Source: Candidatus Latescibacterota bacterium (lineage in GTDB: Bacteria; Latescibacterota; UBA2968; UBA8231). Taken from it: 64,000 nucleotides of DNA. How positions within the stretch are numbered: the stretch's first letter is position 1; each line of letters opens with the position of its first letter. Under the pieces are notes generated by a model. The model saw nothing but the letters and a program-made list of their open reading frames with translations, was not told the DNA's origin and searched no databases. Positions 9,235 to 18,865 of the stretch are shown one piece after another. The DNA is taken from assembly GCA_965203355.1 (NCBI GenBank), contig OZ241889.1, positions 1,440,001-1,504,000 on the forward strand. The letters run 5' to 3'. A program made the position numbers and the translations under genes.

Positions 9235-10659
9235 CTAGGGTTTGCCCTCGACCAACCACTCTACCGCCGCTACCTGACCTTGGCGGGCGTAGTCGGCCGC
9301 TTCGCCGAGAATGCGGGCGGCCTCCTGCGGAGCGTGAAAGCCCATGGAATTTTCTGCGGCCACGAAATCGAGCCGCCACTGCGCCTTGCGCTGCAAGGAC
9401 CGGGCCGCTGCTAGGTCGTCGTCTTTGGCGCCGGCCGCGCGCGCGGCCGCTATGGCGTCGAGTTGGTCCATGAGCGCGGCACCGGCTCGTTGCAGGAGGT
9501 CGAAGTTGCGCTGCTGAATCGCGCTGGCCCGGGCGGCGAGTTCGGCCTCGGAAAAAGAGTGGCAGACCTGACAGGCGCGGTTGATGTTCAGCAGTGGGCT
9601 GCGCACCCAGTGATCGGAGATTTTGGCGGCTCCGTCGCGCATATAGGGCATGTGGCAGTCGGCGCAGGAGACGCCGCTGCGCGCGTGGATGCCTTGGCTC
9701 CAGAGTTCAAATTCCGGGTGTTGCGCCTTGAGGACTTTCGCGCCGGTTTCTTGGTGGACGTAGTCGTAAAACGCGCGGCCGTCGTCTAAGGTCATGGCGT
9801 CCCAAAACGCTTCCATTTCCTCGGCTTTAAGCCCGTTGCCCCAAGGAAAAGTCAGTTTTGCTCCGCTGCCGCAGTAGTATTCGACGTGGCATTGGCCGCA
9901 AGTGAATGAGCGCATCTCGTTGCGGCTCGCGCTCTCGTTAGGGTCGTAGGGGCGGTCGCGGCTTCCCTGCCGCCAGCGTTCTAGCGATGGCAGGTGCGGT
10001 ACTGGGGCGTCGGACGCGGCCAACATTTGGATGCCTTGGATAAATCCGGGCCGGGTGACGCGCAACTGCATGGTCGCTGGGTCGTGGCAATCGACGCACG
10101 ATACCGGATGGGCGTGTCCGGCGTCGTGCAACATCTGGTTTAGCTCGCGATAGGAATAGGCGTAAGATTGCTCAAAGCCCGCGGTGGCGTCGCCATCGCC
10201 AAGCTGCCGGTAGAGCGGCATGATGGAGGCGTGGCAGTGCAGGCAGGAGCCGGACTGAGGCTTGGATTGCCGCTTGGTTTGCTCTTGGTCGTAGAGCATG
10301 TAGGCGTGGCCGCGCCGATCTCGGTAGTCGAGCGAGAACGCGTACCCGAGAAACATCCGCCGCAGCCAAGGGTCGCGTTCGATCCGCTGCTCGGGCAGGG
10401 CCTCACTGCCGCCGTGTCCGCCGAAGCGCGTGCGAGTCGCCTCGGCCGTGCGCTTATAGCTGTCGTATTGTCGCGGCCAATTAATGCCCCAGTGAGCGGG
10501 GTCCGTGTCGTCCTCCCCCACTTCTACTAGGAGCACTGGGCCGCGCCGCCCTTCGGACTTGCGTTCGTATATGTTGACCAACAGCCCGGTGATGAGTGCG
10601 CTGGCGAGGGCCACTAAGGTCAAAAGGCCGATGACTTTATAAGGCGTATGGCGAGACAT
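9235..10659 (-). CDS. nrfA: Ammonia-forming cytochrome c nitrite reductase catalytic subunit (CxxCH-type)
   Basis: Five heme motifs CLHCH, CVDCH, CGQCH, CADCH, CQVCH; diagnostic [27 protein letters not shown]. Confidence 0.93.
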   Translation of the reverse strand: MSRHTPYKVIGLLTLVALASALITGLLVNIYERKSEGRRGPVLLVEVGEDDTDPAHWGINWPRQYDSYKRTAEATRTRFGGHGGSEALPEQRIERDPWLRRMFLGYAFSLDYRDRRGHAYMLYDQEQTKRQSKPQSGSCLHCHASIMPLYRQLGDGDATAGFEQSYAYSYRELNQMLHDAGHAHPVSCVDCHDPATMQLRVTRPGFIQGIQMLAASDAPVPHLPSLERWRQGSRDRPYDPNESASRNEMRSFTCGQCHVEYYCGSGAKLTFPWGNGLKAEEMEAFWDAMTLDDGRAFYDYVHQETGAKVLKAQHPEFELWSQGIHARSGVSCADCHMPYMRDGAAKISDHWVRSPLLNINRACQVCHSFSEAELAARASAIQQRNFDLLQRAGAALMDQLDAIAAARAAGAKDDDLAAARSLQRKAQWRLDFVAAENSMGFHAPQEAARILGEAADYARQGQVAAVEWLVEGKP

Positions 10660-10662
10660 AAG

Positions 10663-11142
10663 CTACTCCTCATGCGCGGTCGCTGGGCCTCCCAAGCCCA
10701 CCCATTCCCCGTGCCCAACCGTGCGGTGGCAATGGACGCAGCGCACGGCTTCGGTATCGACGATTTGGTGGACGAAGGCCCGGTGGCAAGCGAGACAGTT
10801 TTGCTGTAGGATGCGGCTGTTTTTCTCTTTGATAAAGATCGGCTCGGGAAAGTTTTGGAAGGTAAAGGCCGTGGAGTGATTCCAGCCGTTTTCGGCCTTG
10901 GCCAGATACTTGCTAAAGAAGCTACGCGGCAGATGGCAATCGACGCAAGTGGCCGCGGCATGGTGACTGGATTTGCGATAGGAGTCTAGCTGGGGCTGCA
11001 TGATGTGGCAGTTGGCACACGCTGCCGGGTTCGCGCTGAAATAGGACAATCCCTCTCCGTAGTGGAAGGTAAAAGCTCCCACCCCGATTAGGGTGGCTAG
11101 GCACAACAGGCCGAGCCACAGGTAAGGGCTTGTTGAGCGCAT
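10663..11142 (-). CDS. nrfH: Cytochrome c nitrite reductase small subunit (NapC/NirT family tetraheme)
   Basis: N-terminal TM, then CANCH, CVDCH, CLACH, CVHCH; directly upstream of nrfA. Confidence 0.92.
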   Translation of the reverse strand: MRSTSPYLWLGLLCLATLIGVGAFTFHYGEGLSYFSANPAACANCHIMQPQLDSYRKSSHHAAATCVDCHLPRSFFSKYLAKAENGWNHSTAFTFQNFPEPIFIKEKNSRILQQNCLACHRAFVHQIVDTEAVRCVHCHRTVGHGEWVGLGGPATAHEE

Positions 11143-11249
11143 GGATGCCTTTTCTGTTGCCTAGTAGGTCGCTTGCCGAGTCGGTATCGTATCCAAAGAG
11201 GCATGGCCGCGACTCGGATTCCGTCTGAGTACACGACGACAACCTAAGC

Positions 11250-11327
11250 TGCGGTACAGCCCTGATTTAGGTTTATTTTGAATCGCTAAAATGGCATCTA
11301 AAACCTAAACAATAGGGCTGTACCACA
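11250..11327. repeat. Long imperfect inverted repeat (MITE-like remnant or large stem-loop) upstream of nrfH
   Basis: tgcggtacagccct (11250-11263) pairs with agggctgtaccaca (11314-11327) with 1 mismatch; inner tttaggttt/aaacctaaa also pair. Confidence 0.7.
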
Positions 11328-11451
11328 TTTATTCATACATACGCTAAAGAAAGCCCTTATGCAAGGGCCTCTATCTCGGCCCGCAACCAACGCATCCTGC
11401 GGCTCGCCAATCGAACCGACTTCCAACAGGTACTGGTGCTCTATGGCCAGC

Positions 11452-11793
11452 CTAAACGCGCCCGACCATACCAACCCATCTCAAAGCCGAGGATGGGTTC
11501 CAGACTATCGGTCCCGTAAACGTCCCGGTGGTACTGCTTGCTGGGCCTTGTCCCGCTGCGTTTACGGCTCGTACCTCAAAGGTGTATTTCTTCGATGGCG
11601 TGGCTTGATTGGGGAATCGGCGGTCCTCGGTCAATGAAATCGTCGTCCTTGTGTCTGCCACCGCCGTCCATCCGCTGCCGCCCGGACGATACTGATACTC
11701 GTAGCGAGTGAGCGGCCATCCTGATGACGAGGGGGCATCCCAAGTCAGTATCACTTGGAAGTAGATTTTCCGTAGGTCGGGGCGCGGGTACAA
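11452..11793 (-). pseudogene. Isolated fibronectin type III domain fragment
   Basis: VILTWDAPSSSG..LTRYEYQYR..W..YTFEVRAVNAAGQGPAS is an FN3 consensus; no signal peptide or credible start. Confidence 0.65.
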
Positions 11794-11809
11794 GCGTGGC
11801 CGAAAGATT

Positions 11810-11938
11810 GTCTACCGCGCCTACAAGCCTTTCTTCGCCGGGCTGATCGCCGGGCAGCTTTTAGGGGCGGCACTGTGGATGGTGATTGACTTTTGCTTGG
11901 GCGAGGTGGGAAATGTGGTGTACGTGGGGGTGCGATGA
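11810..11938 (+). pseudogene. Orphan 3' end of a DUF6785/DUF6784-type membrane protein gene
   Basis: Translates VYRAYKPFFAGLIAGQLLGAALWMVIDFCLGEVGNVVYVGVR*, similar to the C-terminus of the 32589-34535 protein (RLKPFFLGLILGEAVVAGTWVLID); upstream in-frame stop at 11762. Confidence 0.7.
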
Positions 11939-11949
11939 ACGGCCGCGAC

Positions 11950-12636
11950 TCAGAGGATTTGGATGCCCCATTCAGCACACCGCGCTTTCACACGCGCCGC
12001 CGGTTCTAAACTGATGAGGGCCCCTTCGACCGCTTTGTCGGGCTGCTCTCGCCGCACCAGTTCCACCTTGTCGGCGAATCGATCCACCTCCTCGACCTTG
12101 CAGGCGGCCGACTTCACCTCAAAGACCAGCAGCGAACCGTTATCGATCAGAATATCGACTTCGTAGGTTCGTCCGGCCGGCCCGACTACCCCCTCCTCAT
12201 CCGCTAGCTTCTGCCGCAGCCGTATGTTGTCGGCGGATAGGTCTTGCCGCTTCAGCCCAAAGCGCAAGGCCCCGGCCACCACGTCCTCCAACTTTCGGCC
12301 GGCCCGCCGCTGGAATCCCCCGACCGTCAGATCGAGTTTATCGGTTCTATCTTTTATTTCGGCCGTCTGCTGTTTCATCTGCTCAAGCTGCTCATCGACT
12401 TTTTCAAACCGCTCATCGACTTTTTCAAATCGCTCGTTGACCTCCGAGCGGAATTGACCCAATTCGCCGCGGAGGGCATGCAACTCCGCGAGCACGGCGG
12501 CTACTTCCTTTTTGGTGGCAAACGCTTCAATGAACGCCGTATAAGCGCGCTGCTCCAACGCCGGGTGCCGTTTGAGCAGGCCCGGCAATTGCTTTTCGAG
12601 CGTCTCCAATAATTCTTCATCCGTTAAAAGAGCCAT
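11950..12636 (-). CDS. Coiled-coil + PD-(D/E)XK nuclease-fold protein (DUF3782-like)
   Basis: Heptad repeats ERFEKVDERFEKVDEQ followed by YEVDILI...VFEVKS; GAGG RBS before MALLTD. Confidence 0.75.
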   Translation of the reverse strand: MALLTDEELLETLEKQLPGLLKRHPALEQRAYTAFIEAFATKKEVAAVLAELHALRGELGQFRSEVNERFEKVDERFEKVDEQLEQMKQQTAEIKDRTDKLDLTVGGFQRRAGRKLEDVVAGALRFGLKRQDLSADNIRLRQKLADEEGVVGPAGRTYEVDILIDNGSLLVFEVKSAACKVEEVDRFADKVELVRREQPDKAVEGALISLEPAARVKARCAEWGIQIL

Positions 12637-13060
12637 GTTCTTCCTCCTCATAACAGTATTTACGAATAGCATATAACCCGTGCAAGAGTTTGACGCCCAT
12701 TATGTATCCACGATTGACGCATCCCGCGGATAGTTTCCATATATCTCAATATCCCACAGCAAAACCAATGCAAAGGAATACAACGCTTGTGAGTTGGGGA
12801 CGCGCGACGCGGCGTGGATGACCGCGCACGTCGCGCGCGAAGGGTGTGCGCTAAAAATCGAAGATGTGCGCGAGGCGACCGAGCCGGTGGGACCGGTCGC
12901 CGGCGATTGCATCAACAGCTATTTCGCCTTTCGAGGCCATAACGGTGGTGGCCGAGGCACCGCGGGTCGAGTGCTCGCTGACGACGAGCCGGGCGACCAG
13001 CGGCCGCTGGCTTATCAAAACTTATGGACCAATGCGCTGGATTAGGTATTGGATGGCGGG

Positions 13061-14347
13061 TTAGACGGCGGCCAGTTCTTTCATGGCTGCGACGAACGCA
13101 TCCAGTTCACAAAGCGTCGTGTATAGGTTCGGACAAATGCGAACCGCTCCGGGATAACCCGGCGGCACGGTGAAGATCTTGTATTTGTCGTACAGGGCGT
13201 TGGTAACGTCCGCGGGATCTTGCCCCTTGATGCCAACGGTGGAAATGGCACACGAGCGGTGGGCTTCGCGGGGCGTGTGGACGACGATGTTGGGCACGTC
13301 GATCAGGCGATCGACCCAGTAGTTTTTGATGTAGCGCAAGCGTGCTTCTTTGCGCTCCAAGCCGATGGTTTGGTTAAAGCGAATGGCCTCGGCCAAGGCC
13401 AGTTGCAAGTAGGCTGGATACGTGCCGATGTGAGCGAACTTGTGGATAGAGTCCGAGGCGTACCCAGCGTCGCCGAACAGCGGCCACACCTTTTCGATGT
13501 TTTCTTTTTGGATGTACAGGAGGCCCGTGCCTAGCGGAGCCAACATCCACTTGTGCAAGCTGGCTCCATAGTAATCGCAGTGTAGGTCGGGGATTTTGTC
13601 GGCCAGATGAGCAAAGGAGTGCGCGCCATCGACGATGACTTCTACCCCCTGCGCGTGCGCCATGTCGCAGATGGCGCGCACGGGCAGCACTTGGCCGGTT
13701 AAATAGACGATATGGGAGACGAGGATTACTTTGGTGCGCGGCGTAATGGCCTTTTGGTAGGCCGCGACGATCTCGTCGTTGTCCATAGAAGTGATGGGCA
13801 GGTCGAGGACCTTGTTGACGATGCCTTCGCGGGCGGCGCGCTGCTCAAACGCGACCTTCATGCTGCCGTATTCGTAGGTTCCCCACAAAGCCTCATCTCC
13901 GGGTTGCAGCTTCAGCCCCATAATGACGATGTTGAGCGATTCGGTCGTGTTGCGCGTCAGGAGGATTTCTTCGTCCGAGCAACCGGCAAAGTGCGCTAGC
14001 AGTTGATGCATCTCGCGGGTGTCGTCTGCTAGTTTGCGCCGCATGTAAAACGAGGGAGCCTCGTTGATGGTGCGGGCGTTTTTGCACACCTCATCGATCC
14101 CGGCTTCCGGCTGCGGACTGAAATATCCGTTCTCGAAGTTGATAAAATGGGGCGACAAATTAAACGCCCCGCGCACGCTGTACCAGAATTGTTCGTCCAA
14201 TGCACTGGCCTCGGGCGCGGCGTGGCCGAGGCGTTCAGTGGCCGCGTGGACCTTTTGCAGGCTGTCGGATGCCCAGATAGACGCAGCCGCTGCGCCGAGC
14301 GTGAGGTTGCCGGCCTTTCTAAAAAAATCCCTTCTCGAATCTACCAT
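13061..14347 (-). CDS. Class V PLP-dependent enzyme (isopenicillin-N epimerase/cysteine desulfurase-like) with Tat signal
   Basis: SRRDFF twin-arginine motif; TRNTTE, VDGAH, SLHKW PLP-lysine motif. Confidence 0.88.
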   Translation of the reverse strand: MVDSRRDFFRKAGNLTLGAAAASIWASDSLQKVHAATERLGHAAPEASALDEQFWYSVRGAFNLSPHFINFENGYFSPQPEAGIDEVCKNARTINEAPSFYMRRKLADDTREMHQLLAHFAGCSDEEILLTRNTTESLNIVIMGLKLQPGDEALWGTYEYGSMKVAFEQRAAREGIVNKVLDLPITSMDNDEIVAAYQKAITPRTKVILVSHIVYLTGQVLPVRAICDMAHAQGVEVIVDGAHSFAHLADKIPDLHCDYYGASLHKWMLAPLGTGLLYIQKENIEKVWPLFGDAGYASDSIHKFAHIGTYPAYLQLALAEAIRFNQTIGLERKEARLRYIKNYWVDRLIDVPNIVVHTPREAHRSCAISTVGIKGQDPADVTNALYDKYKIFTVPPGYPGAVRICPNLYTTLCELDAFVAAMKELAAV

Positions 14348-14413
14348 TTCCGTTCTCTGCGTGTTGTGGTTGGTGGTTGGTGCTAGCCGGCCAAAAGTCG
14401 CGTGGCCGCATCT

Positions 14414-14698
14414 TCAGGGCTGAGGTGGGGGATGGAGCGGTTGAGGAAGGTGTGGAAGCCGCCAGCGGTGCAGCAAGCGCACGTGATAGACGATCTGGAA
14501 CCGCTGAAAGCGCTCCTTGATGGCCGGCAGCATGGCCAGCATGGCTAGCTGCTCCTCGTCGCTGAGATGATAGGCGTCGGGCATGGTAAAATGGTCGTCG
14601 AGATGGTGGCTGATTCCGCGACTCAGCCCCCATTGATGCACCTGATCGATGAGGGTGCTGACGCCTGAGTATTCGCAGCCGACGGCCATGACGCGCAT
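14414..14698 (-). pseudogene. Short, probably truncated protein with degenerate P-loop-like N-terminus
   Basis: MRVMAVGCEYSGVSTL resembles GxxxxGK[ST]; good AAGGA RBS; ends in a Pro-rich non-coding-like tail. Confidence 0.45.
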
Positions 14699-14849
14699 GA
14701 ATTATGTCCTTTGAAATGTCGCGAAGCGAGTGGAAACACTATACTGGCCTTACAATCCCCTGTCAAATTTATCGACGGAGAACGGGCATAGCAGGACGCA
14801 GCACCGTATATTGACGATTATTTTTTGGACTTTTTGGAAGGGAAATCCC

Positions 14850-15800
14850 ATGGCAGATTTGCAAGTAGCGGTCATTGGCTGCGGCGGCCACGCCCAGTCG
14901 CACTTCCGCATGATTGCCGCCGAGCCGCGCCTGCGCTTGGTGGGCATTGCCGAGCTAGACGAGGAGCGACGGCGCAAAAATCAGGCCGAATGGGGGCCGC
15001 AACGCGCTTTTGCCGACTATCGGGAGATGCTCGATGTCTGTCGGCCAGACGTAGTGCATGTGGTCACCATGCCCGGCCACTTGCTGCCCATTGTGATCGA
15101 TTGCTTGGAGCGCGGGCTGCACACCTCGGTGGAGAAAGCGCCGGGCATGACCGCGGCCGAGACCGCGCAAATGGCGCAGGCGGCCCAGCAGAGCCAAGGC
15201 AAGGCGCTGGTGTCTTTCAACCGACGTTACTTTCCCCAAGTGCTGGCCGTGCGGCAGCGCATCCAGGCGGCGGGCGGCGCGGTACATTGCGCTGCCACGT
15301 ACAATAAGCCGGTGACGCTGTTGGGGCCGGCGGCTCCTGATCCGGTGATATGCGACGCCATCCACCACGTCGATCTGCTGCGCTGGCTGGCTGGCCGGAG
15401 TGCCGAGGAAGCGGCTATTCCAGTGGAAGTGCAGGGGATGGTGCAAGATGGCGCGCGGCCCGGGTGCCATCGCCACAACGCTGTGGTGCGCTTTGATACG
15501 GGCACCTTTGGTGCCATGATGAGCCACTACGGCGTCGGCTACCGCATTCAGCGGGCCGAAGTACACGGCGAGGATTTGTCGGTCTATTTCGATATGACCC
15601 GAGGGCCGCAGGTGGAGGGCTATGACAAGGGCCGGGCCTTTACCGTCGAGGCCGATGCGGGCGGGGCCGGCTTCAACGAGGTCGTCCACTTTGTCGATTG
15701 CATTCTGGCCGATCGCACCCCTTGGTCGAACTTGGACGACGCCGTGCATACCATGCGCTTGTGCGAGGCCATTCGCCGGGGGCATCGGGGGGCGTTATAG
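14850..15800 (+). CDS. Gfo/Idh/MocA family oxidoreductase
   Basis: VAVIGCGGHA, VEKAPG, SFNRRY, DAIHHVD. Confidence 0.9.
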   Translation: MADLQVAVIGCGGHAQSHFRMIAAEPRLRLVGIAELDEERRRKNQAEWGPQRAFADYREMLDVCRPDVVHVVTMPGHLLPIVIDCLERGLHTSVEKAPGMTAAETAQMAQAAQQSQGKALVSFNRRYFPQVLAVRQRIQAAGGAVHCAATYNKPVTLLGPAAPDPVICDAIHHVDLLRWLAGRSAEEAAIPVEVQGMVQDGARPGCHRHNAVVRFDTGTFGAMMSHYGVGYRIQRAEVHGEDLSVYFDMTRGPQVEGYDKGRAFTVEADAGGAGFNEVVHFVDCILADRTPWSNLDDAVHTMRLCEAIRRGHRGAL

Positions 15801-15823
15801 GGCCTGACAATCGGGTGCCGAAG

Positions 15824-15857
15824 TGGACACGGCGATGGCTAAAAGGCATACTTAAAC
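15824..15857 (+). promoter_or_regulatory. Putative sigma70-type promoter, copy A of a 34-bp repeat
   Basis: TGGACA-N17-CATACT upstream of the TPR-CRTAC1-PPIase operon; 28/34 identical to 31926-31959. Confidence 0.55.
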
Positions 15858-16024
15858 GCTATTGAGACCTTAGAAGCCTTTTTAAAATTCTCGTCGGACT
15901 CCTTCAACAGGCCGTCGAGCGGTTCCTGGAACGGGCGTTTTCCGCGGGCGAGACTCCATTGCTACTAGGTTCTTTTTTAACGCAAAGGGCCATAAGAGGA
16001 ATTTTAAAAACGCTTCTTAACATT

Positions 16025-17215
16025 ATGTCCCCAATCTGCTGCTTATTGATCGTAGCCCTAGTCGCCTGTCAGGAACCTCCCAACGACCGCCAACCGCGCC
16101 CGCCCGCTGCGGTGCTGCACCAAGGGCCCTACGCCGCTGCCATAGAAGCTGCCAAACGCGCCGTAGAGCGCGAGCCGAACTCTGCGGTGGCCCACCGCAA
16201 CCTCGCTGACGCCTATGTACGCGACAACAAGATGACCGAGGCCCTCGCAGCCTACGAACAGGCCATCGCGCTGCAACCTGATTACGCTAAGGCGCAAACC
16301 GAACAGGCCATTGTGCTGACTCGCCTCAATCGCCACGCCGAGGCCCTCACCCTGTTAGAGGAGGTCACGCGTGCGACCCCGGATTACGCTTGGGCGCAGA
16401 TGGCGCTCGGGCTGCTGTACTTTCGCCAAGCCCAGTACGAGCAGGCCGTTGCCGCGCATGGCCGCGCCGTCGCCCGGCAAGACGACTACGCCGAGGCATG
16501 GTACAACCTCGGCGAGGCCCATCTCAAGCTCAACGACTACGCTGCGGCCGAAGTGGCGTATGCCCGCGCTCTGGCCGCCGATTCGACCGTGGCTAAGTAC
16601 CATCACGGCCTCGGCACGGCCTTGTACAAGCGCGGCGACTGCGCCGCGGCTATCGTTGAATTGCAGCGCGCCGTGGTGCTTGATTCGCTCTTTGCGCGGG
16701 CCCGCTTTAGCCTCGGCAATGCCCTGTTGCGCTGTAGCCAGCAGGAAGAGGGCCGCCGCCAGTTGGCCCTGTACAAAGAACTAGAAAAGCAGGAAAAACT
16801 CCTCGCGGGTCTGCGCACTACCCTGATCCGCACGCCGGACAAGGCCGAGCTGTACCACAAGGTGGGTGCGCTATACGGCCAGCGCGGCCAGTACGAAGAA
16901 GCGCGCCGGTACTATTTACAGGCCCTAGATCGCAATCCCAATTTCGCGCCCTCGTACCACAACTTGGGCAACCTGTATTTGCGCCGCCGCCAAGTGGCCG
17001 AAGCCATGTCCCTGTTCCGCCAAGCCCTGCGCGCCGATTCCACGTATGTGCTCGCGCATCTCGCGCTCGGCCATGCGCTGATGATGCAAGAAGCATTTGC
17101 CCAGGCACGGGCGAGCTACGAGCGGGGGTTGCGCTTTGAGCCCGACAATGCTCGCTTACAGCGCGGCGCGGCTATGGCCCGCAAGTTCGGCGCGGCAAGC
17201 CCAACGCAGGACTAG
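16025..17215 (+). CDS. Tetratricopeptide repeat lipoprotein (module copy 1)
   Basis: Lipobox LVAC; about 9-10 TPR-like repeats (AHRNLA, AWYNLG, SYHNLG). Confidence 0.9.
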   Translation: MSPICCLLIVALVACQEPPNDRQPRPPAAVLHQGPYAAAIEAAKRAVEREPNSAVAHRNLADAYVRDNKMTEALAAYEQAIALQPDYAKAQTEQAIVLTRLNRHAEALTLLEEVTRATPDYAWAQMALGLLYFRQAQYEQAVAAHGRAVARQDDYAEAWYNLGEAHLKLNDYAAAEVAYARALAADSTVAKYHHGLGTALYKRGDCAAAIVELQRAVVLDSLFARARFSLGNALLRCSQQEEGRRQLALYKELEKQEKLLAGLRTTLIRTPDKAELYHKVGALYGQRGQYEEARRYYLQALDRNPNFAPSYHNLGNLYLRRRQVAEAMSLFRQALRADSTYVLAHLALGHALMMQEAFAQARASYERGLRFEPDNARLQRGAAMARKFGAASPTQD

Positions 17216-17217
17216 CT

Positions 17218-18849
17218 GTGGTCTTGCTACTCCTCGCATTGGTGGCAGCCAGCGTCGGTGCCCAGCCCACCCCCCACTTCGTTGAGGTGACCCGCGCCGC
17301 TGGCCTTGACTTTCGCTATGTAAACGGTGCGAGCGGCCGGAAGTACGTACCCGAAGCCATCGGCTCGGGTGCGGCGTTCTTCGACGCCGATGGCGACGGT
17401 TTCCTCGACCTGTACATCGTCAACGGCACGGCTCTACCAGGTTATGACGGTCCGCCCGGCACCAATGCCCACTACCGCAACGATGGCGACGGCACCTTCG
17501 CGGATGTCACGGAGGCGGTGCGCACGGGCGACTCAGGGTACGGCATGGGCGCTGCGGTCGGCGACGTAGACAACGACGGCCATCCCGATCTATACGTGAC
17601 CAACTACGGACCCAACGTCTTCTACCACAACGAAGGGCACGGCGGTACCTTTGCCGACGTGACGGATCGGACCCGCCTCGGCGACCCGGGTTGGGGCACT
17701 CATGCGGCCTTTGCCGACTACGACCGCGATGGCGATTTGGATCTGTACGTGGCCAATTACATGGAGTTCGATTTGGATGCGAACAAGGAGTGCTTCACGG
17801 GCACGGCGCACTCCATCTGTGGCCCCCTCGCGTACCCCGGCCAGTCTGGAGTGCTCTACCGCAACGACGGCGACCTCGCGTTCGCCAATGCGACGGACGC
17901 GGCCGGCTTGTTCAACAACGAGGGCCGGCAACTGGCCGCGGTGTTTGGCGACTGCGATGACGATGGCGACCCGGATCTATTTGTTGCCAACGACCGGCAG
18001 CCCAATTTCCTCTTCCTCAACAACGGCGACGGTACTTTCGCCGAGCACGGCATCGTCGCCGGGGTCGCGTATAACGAAGAGGGGTACGCGGAGTCGGCGA
18101 TGGGCGCGGATTTTGGCGACTACGACAACGACGGTCGGCTCGACATCATCCTCGCCACTTTTCAGTGGCTACCCAACACGCTCTACCACAACGATGGCGG
18201 CGGCTTTTTCAGCGATCGGACGTTTGCCGCTCATCTCGGTGCGCCGAGCGTGCCTTACTTGGGCATGGCCGCGGCCTTTTTCGACAGCGACAACGACGGT
18301 TTTCTCGACGTCTTGGTCACCAACGGCCATCTCGATGAAAACGTGCGCGAGTTCGACCCAGACACGACTTATCCGCAGCAGAACCAGTTATTCCACAATC
18401 AGGGCGATGGAACCTTTGCCGACGTGAGCAACCATAGCGGTCCTGGGATGCTCGTCGAGCGCGTCAGCCACGGTGCCGCTTTGGGCGATTACGACAACGA
18501 CGGCGACGTCGACATCTTCATCTCGGATTCGGCCGCGCCTCATTGTACGCTGTTGCGCAACGACCACAGCGGCCACAATTATCTGACGGTTGAAGCCGTA
18601 GGCACTCGGAGCAATCGCGACGCGCTCGGTGCCAAAATTCGCGCTGTGGCGGGCGATCTCGTGCAAAAGCGCGAAGTTCGCCGCAGCTACGGATACATGA
18701 GCAGCAGCGACGTGCGCCTGACGCTGGGCTTGGGCCGCCATACCCAAGTTGATTCACTGCAAGTTTTTTGGCCCAGCGGCGCTGTACAGACCCTCTTAAA
18801 CGTGGCGGCGAATCAACACATGGTCCTTGAGGAAACTAGTAAAAGATAA
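17218..18849 (+). CDS. CRTAC1/ASPIC-UnbV family protein with FG-GAP/VCBS repeats (module copy 1)
   Basis: Repeated DxDxDGxxDL motifs; C-terminal SNRDALGA...GLG...VFWPSG UnbV domain; signal peptide. Confidence 0.92.
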   Translation: MVLLLLALVAASVGAQPTPHFVEVTRAAGLDFRYVNGASGRKYVPEAIGSGAAFFDADGDGFLDLYIVNGTALPGYDGPPGTNAHYRNDGDGTFADVTEAVRTGDSGYGMGAAVGDVDNDGHPDLYVTNYGPNVFYHNEGHGGTFADVTDRTRLGDPGWGTHAAFADYDRDGDLDLYVANYMEFDLDANKECFTGTAHSICGPLAYPGQSGVLYRNDGDLAFANATDAAGLFNNEGRQLAAVFGDCDDDGDPDLFVANDRQPNFLFLNNGDGTFAEHGIVAGVAYNEEGYAESAMGADFGDYDNDGRLDIILATFQWLPNTLYHNDGGGFFSDRTFAAHLGAPSVPYLGMAAAFFDSDNDGFLDVLVTNGHLDENVREFDPDTTYPQQNQLFHNQGDGTFADVSNHSGPGMLVERVSHGAALGDYDNDGDVDIFISDSAAPHCTLLRNDHSGHNYLTVEAVGTRSNRDALGAKIRAVAGDLVQKREVRRSYGYMSSSDVRLTLGLGRHTQVDSLQVFWPSGAVQTLLNVAANQHMVLEETSKR

Positions 18850-18865
18850 CGGAGAGATTTGTCGT

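Noticed and set aside
12794-13045. 83-aa ORF as a real gene
   Set aside because: No good start or family motif; may be another fragment but cannot be supported
15890-15915. IS-end-like word gactccttcaacaggcc
   Set aside because: Resembles some IS terminal repeats but has no convincing partner end or transposase
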